Assembly: GCA_028279545.1 (NCBI GenBank)
Contig: JANQNN010000035.1
Location: 27,425 to 91,424 of the forward strand
Length of the DNA: 64,000 bases
Direction: 5' to 3'
Origin: Nitrosopumilaceae archaeon
Lineage (GTDB): Archaea > Thermoproteota > Nitrososphaeria > Nitrososphaerales > Nitrosopumilaceae
Shown: in pieces, positions 42,850 to 52,323 of the stretch
How positions within the stretch are numbered: position 1 is the first letter of the stretch
Layout: the number at the start of each line of letters is the position of its first letter
Position numbers and translations under genes: made by a program
The notes under the pieces: model-generated
Database searches by the model: none
Told to the model about the DNA's origin: nothing
The model's input: the letters and a program-made list of their open reading frames with translations, nothing else

Positions 42850-44403
42850 CTATACCCCCAAAACTCCGCTCATGTATGGAACAATTGTCTTCAAGAACAT
42901 TTCAGGATAAATTCCCAAAACTATAGTAAATCCTGCAAGCACCATCATTGGTGCAGTCATGTACCAGCTACCCTCCTTTACTTTCTCAAGGTGTTCTGGA
43001 GTTTTTCCAAAGAAGACTCGTTTTAGCATCCAAAGTATGTAAGACATTGTAAGTGCAGTAGCTACAAGGCCAAGACCAAAGGTGACTGCTCGAACCGTAG
43101 AGCCTTCATCAATTGCAGTCTCTAGTGCACCATAAAATAGAATCCATTCTCCCATAAAGCCACTTGTTGGAGGGATTCCCATAATTGTCAATGCTCCAAT
43201 TACTGCACAAACAGCAGTAATTGGCATCTTTCCTGCAAGACCTCCAAGTTTTGAAATCGAACGCGTACCAACCTTTACAATAATAATTCCAGCCATCATG
43301 AAGAGAATGCCTTTTCCAAGTCCGTGTGTAATGTACATCATTTCTGCACCTGCCAAACCTAGAGTAGACATTGAGCCTATTCCAAACAAAATGTAGCCCA
43401 TCTGACTAATACTTGAATAAGCAAGAAGTCGCTTGATATCATCTTGCATCAAAGCCATAGCGCCTCCGTAAATCATTGTGACAAGACCCCATATGTGGAA
43501 CCAAATTGAGAGTTCAGCAAATGTTGTAGGAAGGAATTCAACGATTAACCTAAAGATACCATATGCTCCAATGCCGATCATGGCAGGAGACAATAAAGCA
43601 CTAATTGGAGTTGGCGCCGAACCGTGAACATACGGCAACCAAATATGGAACATAAAGACAGCTAGTTTTACTCCCAAACCAATTGCTATTGCAACTGCTG
43701 AGGCAAGAACAATGTCTTGCGGAATTTCAGATTCTTTAATATCAGCAAAGTCAAAGCTACCAATTGTAAGACCTATCATCAAAAATCCCAACAACAAAAC
43801 AACTGCGCCAGCATGAGTCCAAAACAAAAACATCAAACCAATCTTTCTTCTTGGACCATCACCCCAAAGTGCAACCAAAAAGAAACCAGGAATTAGCATT
43901 ACTTCAAAGAAGATATAAAATTCAATCAGATTAGTTGCAAGAACAGTTCCAAGCATTCCCATTGCAAAGACAAGAAATAGTGCAAAGTAAAGACCAGATT
44001 TTGCATTCACATATTCATTAAGAGAACTTGAAGTTACGACTGCAGACTGGCCGCCACTTGATTGAATTGCCTTTTGTTCTTCCTCATATTGTTCATGAAA
44101 TTTGTGAATCATGTATGGTTTGGAATAAAGAGCAAGAATTGTGCTTAGCACGTATATGATAATTGCAAATGGTGATGCTAAACCATCCATTACAAAACCA
44201 AATTCGCCAAACAAACTAGTCCATGGATAGTGCTCCTCTACTGTTCCACTCATTGCTGCATTAATAACCAAAATTGTTGTGTAAAGTAAAATTGCAAACG
44301 TAAACCACATTGCAGGTGTTGGGCCCATTTTTCTTCCAAGGATATAGGCAACTGGTGATAGCAATAATGGCAAGAAAACTGCCTGCAAAAGTGCGTATTC
44401 CAT
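42850..44403 (-). CDS. nuoM: NADH-quinone oxidoreductase subunit M
   Basis: IFFEVMLIPGFFLVALWG motif typical of NuoM. Start overlaps the nuoK stop (TAATG). Confidence 0.8.
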   Translation of the reverse strand: MEYALLQAVFLPLLLSPVAYILGRKMGPTPAMWFTFAILLYTTILVINAAMSGTVEEHYPWTSLFGEFGFVMDGLASPFAIIIYVLSTILALYSKPYMIHKFHEQYEEEQKAIQSSGGQSAVVTSSSLNEYVNAKSGLYFALFLVFAMGMLGTVLATNLIEFYIFFEVMLIPGFFLVALWGDGPRRKIGLMFLFWTHAGAVVLLLGFLMIGLTIGSFDFADIKESEIPQDIVLASAVAIAIGLGVKLAVFMFHIWLPYVHGSAPTPISALLSPAMIGIGAYGIFRLIVEFLPTTFAELSIWFHIWGLVTMIYGGAMALMQDDIKRLLAYSSISQMGYILFGIGSMSTLGLAGAEMMYITHGLGKGILFMMAGIIIVKVGTRSISKLGGLAGKMPITAVCAVIGALTIMGIPPTSGFMGEWILFYGALETAIDEGSTVRAVTFGLGLVATALTMSYILWMLKRVFFGKTPEHLEKVKEGSWYMTAPMMVLAGFTIVLGIYPEMFLKTIVPYMSGVLGV

Positions 44404-44717
44404 TATCCTTTCAAACTCCTGAAATCAGCAACGTCAACATTGTGATACATTCGGTAGGCCACAATTATCAATGAGAGTCCTACAGCAACTTCAGCTGCTG
44501 CAATTGCAATGGAGAACAAAGCTAAGGTTTGACCACCACTATCTGGCAAAAATCGACCAAACGCTACCATGTTTAGATTTGCAGCATTGATGATAATCTC
44601 AATTGCAAAAAGCATTCGAATAAAATTTCGTTTTACTGCTAGTCCATAGATTCCAATGCCTAAAAGGGCAATTGATACTAAAACAAAATCACTGAGTTCG
44701 TTGACCATTTTCCTCAT
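44403..44717 (-). CDS. nuoK: NADH-quinone oxidoreductase subunit K
   Basis: ~100 aa with 3 TM helices and a conserved Glu in AAAEVAVGL. The 5' end overlaps the nuoJ 3' end by 20-29 nt, depending on the start used. Confidence 0.85.
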   Translation of the reverse strand: MRKMVNELSDFVLVSIALLGIGIYGLAVKRNFIRMLFAIEIIINAANLNMVAFGRFLPDSGGQTLALFSIAIAAAEVAVGLSLIIVAYRMYHNVDVADFRSLKG

Positions 44718-45201
44718 CTACCCTCCTTGCTAATACCAAAGCCCCAGTTACTGCGCCTGATAGAATCAATGCCATCAAAATCAATGCAGGCCAATAATAT
44801 GTCAAAAAGTCCACACCAATTTCTCTAAAGTCTACTGCAGGTTCATCAGTTGTAATTTGTTTAATCCCAGAATCTAAGATAACTGCACTTAATGCAACGA
44901 TTAAAACTAACATTAATGCAATTCCAACAAACTTTCTTCTCTTGTCTTCAATCTTTTTGAAAATAAGTTCTCTTTTAACAAGCATTACTGTAAATAGAAT
45001 CAGCACTGCAATAGAGCCAACATAAACTGCTAGCTGAAACATTGCAACAAACGGTGAATCTAATAGCAAAAAGAACCCAGCAATGCCACCTAAGGTTCCC
45101 ATCAATGCAATAGAACCATAAACCAAGGATCTTAGCTCAAGTGCAGCAATTGCACTAACAATTGTTAGAACAGAAAGTCCAAGAAAAGCTGCATCAACCA
45201 T
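44689..45201 (-). CDS. nuoJ: NADH-quinone oxidoreductase subunit J
   Basis: Start set at ATG 45201 (MVDAAFLGL), overlapping the nuoI stop by 8 nt. Multi-TM. Confidence 0.8.
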   Translation of the reverse strand: MVDAAFLGLSVLTIVSAIAALELRSLVYGSIALMGTLGGIAGFFLLLDSPFVAMFQLAVYVGSIAVLILFTVMLVKRELIFKKIEDKRRKFVGIALMLVLIVALSAVILDSGIKQITTDEPAVDFREIGVDFLTYYWPALILMALILSGAVTGALVLARRVDEENGQRTQ

Positions 45202-45691
45202 GTGTAGCGCCTCTATCAGAAATTTGAATCTCAGAATCCTGAGATACATCAGGTTTTACCTGAAGTTGTGCTGGTGTGTAAATCAAGCCTTCCTTTGAAA
45301 AAGATGAAAGCTCATAATCATTTGTCATGTACAATGCATAAAATGGACATGCATCTACACAAAGTCCACAAAATACACATTTACCGTAATCAATTTGAGG
45401 CATTATGGATTTTTTATTTTGTTTCCATTCGTCAGGAACTTTTACCATTCCAATTGCCTCAGCTACTCCTTCACATGCAATCGAACAAAGTTGGCAACCT
45501 GTACAATGGTCATGGAATAACATATGACGTCCTTTTAGTCCTGCAATACCAACACCAGTTGTGGGATCAAACTGATATCCGTCTCCTACAAATTTTAATT
45601 TCTCTTCAGGGTACCTTAGTGTAAATCGCTTTATTGCTAAGTGCTTGATACCTGAATTTAGTGCCTTTATTATCCCAGTAGCAGTCCCCAT
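45194..45691 (-). CDS. nuoI: NADH-quinone oxidoreductase subunit I (2x[4Fe-4S])
   Basis: CTGCQLCSIAC and CVFCGLCVDACP cluster motifs. Confidence 0.9.
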   Translation of the reverse strand: MGTATGIIKALNSGIKHLAIKRFTLRYPEEKLKFVGDGYQFDPTTGVGIAGLKGRHMLFHDHCTGCQLCSIACEGVAEAIGMVKVPDEWKQNKKSIMPQIDYGKCVFCGLCVDACPFYALYMTNDYELSSFSKEGLIYTPAQLQVKPDVSQDSEIQISDRGATHG

Positions 45692-46989
45692 TAGAATATA
45701 CCTCCTGGTCCCAAGATTCCAGAGTACAGCAATCCCAGTGCTATAAAGATGTTAACGAAAGCAAGTCCAATTAGTTTCTTCCAACCTAAATTCAACAATA
45801 AATCAATTCTAATTCGAGGAAATACACCCCTTGGCAACAGAATAAAGAAGATAACTCCAACTGTTTTTAGAACAAACCATAAAGTACCATTCAACATTTC
45901 TTGGTCAAAGATTGGAAGTCCTGGGAATTGTGCATTTACAGGACCAATATCAATTCCTTCAGTCACAATTTCTGCTGGGAATGGTGGCACAACCATTGGA
46001 CCATTCCAGCCTCCGAGAAATATTACAACAAATAAAGCAGCAAATGCATACAATTTCAAGTAGGTTCCTAACTGGACCAGACCATACATCATTCCAGATA
46101 ATTCAGTCAACCATCCAGCAACAATCTCACTTTCTGCCTCTGGCAAGTCAAATGGGATTCTTTCTAATTCTGCAAGCATTGTGATAAAGAAAACAATTGC
46201 GCCAACTGGGAAAAATATAATCCAAGGGAAGCTTGATTGGCTTGCTGCAATCTCTGATAGATTCAAAGTTCCAGTAACAATAACAACACCAAGAAATGAC
46301 AAGATTAGGGGAATCTCAAAGGATACCATTTGGAATAGTGCCCTTATTCCACCAATGAATGGAAACTTGGAGTTTGCAGCCCATGCTGATAAAATAGTAA
46401 TGATCGGGAAAAATCCAATTATCGCAAAGACTGCCAAAAGACCAACATCTAAATCAGCTACTACCCATCCAGGCGCAACTGGAATTAGCGCAACAAATGC
46501 AGCCGCTGTTGCCACAAATAAGACAGGAGCTGCCCAAAATAGTGGTTTGTCTGCTTTTGCAGGAATTATAATTTCTTTTGAGAGAAGTTTAAACCCATCA
46601 CCCATTAATTGTAAGATTCCCTCTACCTTACCACAATAGAAAGGACCTACTCTGAGTTGGAGTTTTGCTAGCATCTTTCTTTCAACAAAGATAGTACCAG
46701 CTGCAATCAATGCTGCAAAACCAAATCCTGGAAATGCTGCTATTCTAAAAAGATCAGTTGTCATAAATGCCTTGATAATAGGAAGTGTTCTAGACGGATC
46801 TGCTATCCAAGTTAAGGCAAGAAATGGTGTAAGTATTTCACCATTAATTACGGGCATTTCAATATAGAATAATACAATAAATGCAATTGGAAGTCCGACT
46901 AGAGTAAGGAGTAAAAGAATCCAAAATGCAACATCTAAAATGGATTTTATAAATTCACTTAGTTTAAAATTTGGTGCAATTACTGACAT
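45691..46989 (-). CDS. nuoH: NADH-quinone oxidoreductase subunit H, with N-terminal extension
   Basis: ERKMLAKLQLRVGP core motif sits at about residue 103. My recollection is that it lies much nearer the N-terminus in bacterial NuoH. 432 aa. Confidence 0.85.
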   Translation of the reverse strand: MSVIAPNFKLSEFIKSILDVAFWILLLLTLVGLPIAFIVLFYIEMPVINGEILTPFLALTWIADPSRTLPIIKAFMTTDLFRIAAFPGFGFAALIAAGTIFVERKMLAKLQLRVGPFYCGKVEGILQLMGDGFKLLSKEIIIPAKADKPLFWAAPVLFVATAAAFVALIPVAPGWVVADLDVGLLAVFAIIGFFPIITILSAWAANSKFPFIGGIRALFQMVSFEIPLILSFLGVVIVTGTLNLSEIAASQSSFPWIIFFPVGAIVFFITMLAELERIPFDLPEAESEIVAGWLTELSGMMYGLVQLGTYLKLYAFAALFVVIFLGGWNGPMVVPPFPAEIVTEGIDIGPVNAQFPGLPIFDQEMLNGTLWFVLKTVGVIFFILLPRGVFPRIRIDLLLNLGWKKLIGLAFVNIFIALGLLYSGILGPGGIF

Positions 46990-48126
46990 TTACCTATCTG
47001 CCTCCACTGGCCAATAATTAAGACTCCAATAAATTGAGGGCATGTTTCCAAGTTTTTCGCCAATTAAAAGATGTGGCAAGGCAATCAAGTTTCTAAATGA
47101 TGGGACACTTAGTTTTACTCGGTATGGTTCGGGTTTTTTATCAGAGACAATGTAACAACCTAAAGCACCTCTGCCGGATTCAACTCGTTTGTAAACAGAG
47201 CCAAGTTCTCCTTTTGGATTTGGTTTTAGTTTAACTCTGACAGAGCCAGACTTTGGCATTTTTTGCAATGCGTCTCGAATTATTCTGCAGCTTTCCATCA
47301 TGTCAAGCCAAGGGATTCTTGATCTTGCATATGAATCGCCACTCTTCATAACATTAGTTTGGAAATCTAATTGGTCATAGACATCATATGGTTCTTTTTT
47401 TCTAACATCATAATCAATACCACTAGCACGAAGCACCGAACCTGTAGTTCCAAGTCTTATTGCGTCTTGTCGTGATAGTACTCCAGTCTTTTCAGTTCTT
47501 GAGATTAAGATTGGGTTATCATAAAAGACATCAGCGTATTCTTTAATTCTTTTTTCAAAATAATTTACTTGTCTTAGACAGACATCTTCAAAGTTTGCAG
47601 GCAAGTCATTTCGAATTCCTCCTGGTATAAAGTAAGAGTGAGTTACCCTTGCACCAGTCATTTTTTCTAGTAAATCAATTAATAGTTCCCTGTCTCCTGC
47701 AGGCCACATAAACATTGTAGAGTGACCCAAAAAGATTCCATAGATTGCAAGCCAGTACATGGTATAGACACATCTATTGAGCTCAGATGCAATTACTCGA
47801 ATGTATTTGGCACGTTCAGGAATTTCAAGACCAAGGAGTTCTTCAGATGCTAAAACATATGGATACAAAATATTACAAGAATCATGAATGACTGGTCTTT
47901 CAAGATGTGGTACATTTAGAGTATAATTTCTATACTCTGCCATCTTCTCTTCTCCTCGGTGAACATAGCCAGGATCAGGGTCGCATGCAACAATATAGTC
48001 CCCATCAATTTGTACAATAATTCTCATATGGCCAGACCCAGGATGTTGGGGCCCAACATTGAGAGTCATAATTCTCTCGTCTGCTTTTTGAATTGCTAAT
48101 CCAGGTGGTAATACAGGCTTGCTCAT
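46990..48126 (-). CDS. nuoD: NADH-quinone oxidoreductase subunit D
   Basis: MTLNVGPQHPGSGHMR and the [NiFe]-hydrogenase-large-subunit-like fold region. Confidence 0.9.
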   Translation of the reverse strand: MSKPVLPPGLAIQKADERIMTLNVGPQHPGSGHMRIIVQIDGDYIVACDPDPGYVHRGEEKMAEYRNYTLNVPHLERPVIHDSCNILYPYVLASEELLGLEIPERAKYIRVIASELNRCVYTMYWLAIYGIFLGHSTMFMWPAGDRELLIDLLEKMTGARVTHSYFIPGGIRNDLPANFEDVCLRQVNYFEKRIKEYADVFYDNPILISRTEKTGVLSRQDAIRLGTTGSVLRASGIDYDVRKKEPYDVYDQLDFQTNVMKSGDSYARSRIPWLDMMESCRIIRDALQKMPKSGSVRVKLKPNPKGELGSVYKRVESGRGALGCYIVSDKKPEPYRVKLSVPSFRNLIALPHLLIGEKLGNMPSIYWSLNYWPVEADR

Positions 48127-48128
48127 AT

Positions 48129-48782
48129 CTATCTCCCCTTATTCCTAAAGTCCTTGCGAAGTGGTGGCAAATCTGCCCAATCTTCTGGTAAAAGTAATCG
48201 TCTATTATCTGGATGACCCTCAAAGTAAACCCCTAGCATCTCAAAAACTTCCCTTTCGTGAAATTCTACACTGTAGAATATATCTCTAAGACTTGGCAAT
48301 TTTGTAGAATCTCTTCCTGGAAGTGGTTCTTCTTCACGTTGTGCTCTAGTTGCAAGCTCTAGGACTTGTCTGTCAAGTGAAGAATCAGTATACGAACCCA
48401 AATGGTAAACTACTTCAATTTCTTTGTCGGCAGGATAGTCAACTCCTGCAACAGAGTCAACGTGGTCATAATTTAAAACGTCTCTTGCAAATTCTGCGAC
48501 TTGATGAATAGAATCTCTGTTTACTTTGATTCCAACTCTATCAGGTTTTACAAATGAAACACTAGTGTTTTCACCAAACTTTTCTGTAATTTTATCTGCA
48601 ATACTTTTTTCAAATGCTGGAGGTTCGGGTTCTTTTGGTGCAGGTTTTGCTGCAGGTTTTTTTGGTGGTGGTTTTGCTGCAGGTTTTTCTGCAGCAGGTT
48701 TAGCTGCAGGTTTTTCTGTTGCAGGTTTTTCTTCGGCCTTTGGTTCTTCAGTTTTTTTTTCACTGGTTTCTTCTGAACTCAT
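48129..48782 (-). CDS. nuoC: NADH-quinone oxidoreductase subunit C with Pro/Ala/Lys/Glu-rich N-terminal extension
   Basis: C-terminal core EREVFEMLGVYFEGHPD. The first ~55 aa are EKPAAKP-type low complexity. Confidence 0.85.
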   Translation of the reverse strand: MSSEETSEKKTEEPKAEEKPATEKPAAKPAAEKPAAKPPPKKPAAKPAPKEPEPPAFEKSIADKITEKFGENTSVSFVKPDRVGIKVNRDSIHQVAEFARDVLNYDHVDSVAGVDYPADKEIEVVYHLGSYTDSSLDRQVLELATRAQREEEPLPGRDSTKLPSLRDIFYSVEFHEREVFEMLGVYFEGHPDNRRLLLPEDWADLPPLRKDFRNKGR

Positions 48783-49306
48783 TATACAAACTTCCTAGCC
48801 TTCATCCTCTTGATCTTTTCTTGCAACAACATACATCCTTGAATAAGAGTTTCAGGTCTAGGTGGACAACCTGGAACATACACATCTACTGGAATAATTC
48901 CATCAATTCCTGGAAGGACATTGTATGAATCAAAATATAATCCTCCAGTTATCGCACAAGCTCCCATTGCAATTACATATTTTGGTTCGGGCATTTGATC
49001 ATAAACCAAACGTAAACGTGGTGCCATCTTTCTTGTAATGGTTCCTTGAACAACAACTAGATCACATTGTCGTAATGATCCAAATGCTTCAATGATACCA
49101 AATCGTTCAACGTCGTATCGTGGACTTGATGCAGCTCCAAACTCAACACTGCAACAAGCAGTCTCAATGTGTACGGGCCATAGGGACCAAATTCTACCCC
49201 AATTAATTGCATAACCTAATGGTTTGTCTACAGCTTTTTCTAAAATATCTCCAAGCTTTCCTACAAACACATTGGCATTTTGTGGAGTGATAAGATCTTT
49301 TATCAT
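48782..49306 (-). CDS. nuoB: NADH-quinone oxidoreductase subunit B
   Basis: CCSVEF, GACAITGG and PGCPPRPE N2-cluster motifs. Confidence 0.9.
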   Translation of the reverse strand: MIKDLITPQNANVFVGKLGDILEKAVDKPLGYAINWGRIWSLWPVHIETACCSVEFGAASSPRYDVERFGIIEAFGSLRQCDLVVVQGTITRKMAPRLRLVYDQMPEPKYVIAMGACAITGGLYFDSYNVLPGIDGIIPVDVYVPGCPPRPETLIQGCMLLQEKIKRMKARKFV

Positions 49307-49346
49307 TTAGGTCCCTCCCAACATTCTTTTTGATTAATATAAAAAA

Positions 49347-49721
49347 CTACCAAATGTTTCTCCTTCCTGATTGGTATAAAGCAAAAGCCATTGCTCCAAA
49401 AATAACTGCCAAAAATCCTATGATTGGAAGGGTTGCCTCTTTTGGAAGATACAAGATTGTGCTTCCCCATGCGTACAAAAATATTGCAACCACATCAAAA
49501 ACGACAAACATCAAGATGTAAGCATAATATTGCATCATAAAGTGAGTTCTTCCTTCCCCACTTGGAACTTGGCCACATTCCATCGGCAAAAATTTTACTG
49601 GATTGCTTCGTTTTCTGGGAGAAATCATTCTAGAGATTAAAAGAGCAGGAGCCATTGCTGCTACGGCAAAGCCAAACATCAATACAACGGTACTATAATT
49701 GCCCGCTAATTCCCCGACCAA
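49347..49721 (-). CDS. nuoA: NADH-quinone oxidoreductase subunit A
   Basis: 124 aa with 3 TM helices and the PMECGQ motif. First gene of the operon. Confidence 0.8.
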   Translation of the reverse strand: MVGELAGNYSTVVLMFGFAVAAMAPALLISRMISPRKRSNPVKFLPMECGQVPSGEGRTHFMMQYYAYILMFVVFDVVAIFLYAWGSTILYLPKEATLPIIGFLAVIFGAMAFALYQSGRRNIW

Positions 49722-49838
49722 TTTAGCTTTGAACCCAAGTTTTTGTATAAAAAGGTATGCACATTTTTTTGGATCTAATTTTTTTAAATTCCGGTTTTTT
49801 TGTAAAGTACTTTATAGGGATAACAACTGGAAACTATA

Positions 49839-50303
49839 ATGTCATTAAATATTGGAGATACTGCTCCAGACTTTGAGCTTCCTGATACTGAACTAAAATT
49901 GCGGACTTTGGATGAATTTAATGGAGATAAAATTGTGTTATCATTTATCGTTGCTGCAAGCTCTCCAGTATGTGAAACAGAACTTTGTACCTTTAGAGAC
50001 TCTTGGAAAGAAATTTCAGATCTTGGCGCCAAAGTAGTTGCGATCAGCAATGATGGACCTTTTGCAAACAAGGCCTTTGCAGAAAAACACAACTTTAACT
50101 TTCCATTACTAGGAGACTACAATAGCAAGACAATACGTGATTATGGTATACTAATGCCAGACTTGCTTCATATCAAGGACTACAATGCAGCAAAGCGTTC
50201 TGTCTTTGTAATAATGGAAGATGGAACAATTGGCTACAAGTGGGTTTCAGAAGATCCACTAAAAGAGCCAGATTATGAAGAAATTAAAAATTTTCTAAAG
50301 TAA
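49839..50303 (+). CDS. peroxiredoxin (AhpC/TSA, Bcp-like)
   Basis: IGDTAPDFELPD and Cys context SSPVCETELC. 154 aa. Confidence 0.8.
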   Translation: MSLNIGDTAPDFELPDTELKLRTLDEFNGDKIVLSFIVAASSPVCETELCTFRDSWKEISDLGAKVVAISNDGPFANKAFAEKHNFNFPLLGDYNSKTIRDYGILMPDLLHIKDYNAAKRSVFVIMEDGTIGYKWVSEDPLKEPDYEEIKNFLK

Positions 50304-50305
50304 AT

Positions 50306-50818
50306 TTATTCTATATCTACTACTGGGTCGCCTTTTGCAATCGAGTTTCCTTCTTTAATTTTGATTGCCTTTATTGTTCCTGCTTTGTGAGCCTTTACTG
50401 CTACTTGCATTTTCATGGACTCTAGCGTACAAACTACATCTCCTTTGTTTACAGAGTCACCTTCTGCAACTGCAATTGAAATGACTTTGCCTGGAATTTG
50501 ACTTTTCAGTGATAGTGCTGCACTTCCTGAACCACCTCCGCCAGTATTTTTGTAGACTACTTTATCAAAATGAGAATTCATGTTCAAAGAGATTGGAACA
50601 TTGTCAATTACTAGATTCATTTCATTTGTTGATTGCTCAAGATATTTTGCTCTGTGATAGTTTTGATCTAAGATAAACTCTATACCTTTTGATGTCATCT
50701 CAAGAATTTTTAATTGATGCTCGTTGTCGTCAATCTTGATTACATATTCATTGTTTCCAAGGTTTTCTGTTATTGTTCCTTCAAATGATTTTTCAATATC
50801 TGGTATTTTGTAATCCAT
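50306..50818 (-). CDS. accB: biotin carboxyl carrier protein of acetyl/propionyl-CoA carboxylase
   Basis: C-terminal biotinyl domain with the LESMKMQ biotin-lysine motif. Confidence 0.9.
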   Translation of the reverse strand: MDYKIPDIEKSFEGTITENLGNNEYVIKIDDNEHQLKILEMTSKGIEFILDQNYHRAKYLEQSTNEMNLVIDNVPISLNMNSHFDKVVYKNTGGGGSGSAALSLKSQIPGKVISIAVAEGDSVNKGDVVCTLESMKMQVAVKAHKAGTIKAIKIKEGNSIAKGDPVVDIE

Positions 50819-50829
50819 TTATCATCAAC

Positions 50830-52323
50830 CTATAACTTGTTTTTCCAGTTTGCGCTGTTGTTTGAGTTTTGTTTAATTTGACTCTTAAAGTATTCAGAGT
50901 GAATGATTGCTGCTGCAACTGCTGCTTTGCTTTTTTCTTCTTTTTCTGTCTTCAAGTCTTCAGTGAGTCTGTCAATCATGTTGTAACGTTTAAGAAAGTC
51001 TGTAGAAAGATCTCCGTTTTTGTATTCTTCTGATTCTAGAATTGTCTTGTAAAGAGGAATTGATGTTTCTACTCCTTGTATGTAAAAGTCATCTAATGCA
51101 GTAAGCATTCTGGTTCTTGATTCATCAAATGTCTGACCCCATGTGCAAAGTTTTGCCATAAGAGAATCATAAAATGGAGAAACTGTACATCCTGAATAAA
51201 GATAAGTGTCACATCTAACATTAGGACCTGCAGGGATTGTTACATCAGGAACAGGACCAGTAGATGGTGCAAAGTCTAAGAATGTATCTTCGGCATTAAT
51301 TCTGCATTCAATTGCATATCCATTCATCTTTAGGTCTGATTGTTTGAAGGGAAGTGGTTCTCCGTTTGCAATATCGATTTGCAATTTAACAAAGTCTAGT
51401 CCTGATACCATTTCACTAATTGGATGCTCGACTTGGAGTCTTGCATTAATCTCTATAAAATAAAACTCTCCATTGTCTGCACGCAAAAATTCTGCTGTAC
51501 CAAGGTTTGTATAATCGACAGCTTCTGCTGCCTTTACGACTAGCTCTCCTATTCTTTCTCTTGTTTCTGCATCAACAACAGGTGAGGGAGTTTGTTCAAT
51601 TAGTTTTTGATTTCGTCTTTGAATGGAGCATTCTCTTTCAAAGAGATGAACTGCGTTTCCATGTTTGTCACGGCACATTTGATATTCAATGTGTCGAGTT
51701 TTTTCTAGAAACTTTTCAACAATAATAGCAGACTTTCCTACTGCTGCAATTGACTCACCAGTTACTGACTCAAAGCCTTCGGCTAATTCTTTGTCATTTG
51801 TAACTAGTCTAATTCCACGACCTCCACCGCCATAAACTGATTTGAGCAAAACTGGATAACCAATATCATTTGCAATTTTTGTTGCCTCTTCTGCATCTTT
51901 TACAAGGTCAGGACTTCCTGGAACAGTTGGGACCTGGGCTTTAAGCATAGCAGCCTTGCATTCCATCTTGTCTCCACAAAGGTTCATAGATTTTGCAGTA
52001 GGTCCGATAAAGTTTATCTTGTTTTTTTCACACAAATTTGCAAAGTCGTCATTTTCAGACAAGAAACCATAGCCTGGGTGTACAGCATCTGCGCCTGATG
52101 ATAGCATTACTTCCAAGATTTTTTCTTGGTTTAGGTATGATTTTGCAGGGGCGGCCTCTCCAATATGATAGGCCTCAGTTGCCTGTTTTACATGGAGTGA
52201 GTTATAGTCCTCATCTGAATAGACTGCCACAGTTTTGATACCAAGTCTTTTGCAGGTCTTAATTACACGTAAAGCAATTTCTCCTCTATTTGCGATAAGA
52301 ACTTTTTCAATCATTTTAATCAC
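50830..52323 (-). CDS. accC: biotin carboxylase subunit of acetyl/propionyl-CoA carboxylase
   Basis: KVLIANRGEIALRVIKT, the ATP-grasp GGGGRGI loop and EINARLQVEHP. Confidence 0.95.
   Translation of the reverse strand: MIKMIEKVLIANRGEIALRVIKTCKRLGIKTVAVYSDEDYNSLHVKQATEAYHIGEAAPAKSYLNQEKILEVMLSSGADAVHPGYGFLSENDDFANLCEKNKINFIGPTAKSMNLCGDKMECKAAMLKAQVPTVPGSPDLVKDAEEATKIANDIGYPVLLKSVYGGGGRGIRLVTNDKELAEGFESVTGESIAAVGKSAIIVEKFLEKTRHIEYQMCRDKHGNAVHLFERECSIQRRNQKLIEQTPSPVVDAETRERIGELVVKAAEAVDYTNLGTAEFLRADNGEFYFIEINARLQVEHPISEMVSGLDFVKLQIDIANGEPLPFKQSDLKMNGYAIECRINAEDTFLDFAPSTGPVPDVTIPAGPNVRCDTYLYSGCTVSPFYDSLMAKLCTWGQTFDESRTRMLTALDDFYIQGVETSIPLYKTILESEEYKNGDLSTDFLKRYNMIDRLTEDLKTEKEEKSKAAVAAAIIHSEYFKSQIKQNSNNSANWKNKL

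Noticed and set aside
48548-48763. 71-aa minus-strand ORF (MKKKLKNQRPKKNLQQKNLQ...) in another frame of the nuoC 5' region
   Set aside because: It is a frame-shifted reading of the same short tandem DNA repeats that encode the NuoC PAKE-rich extension. Only the NuoC frame continues into a conserved domain.
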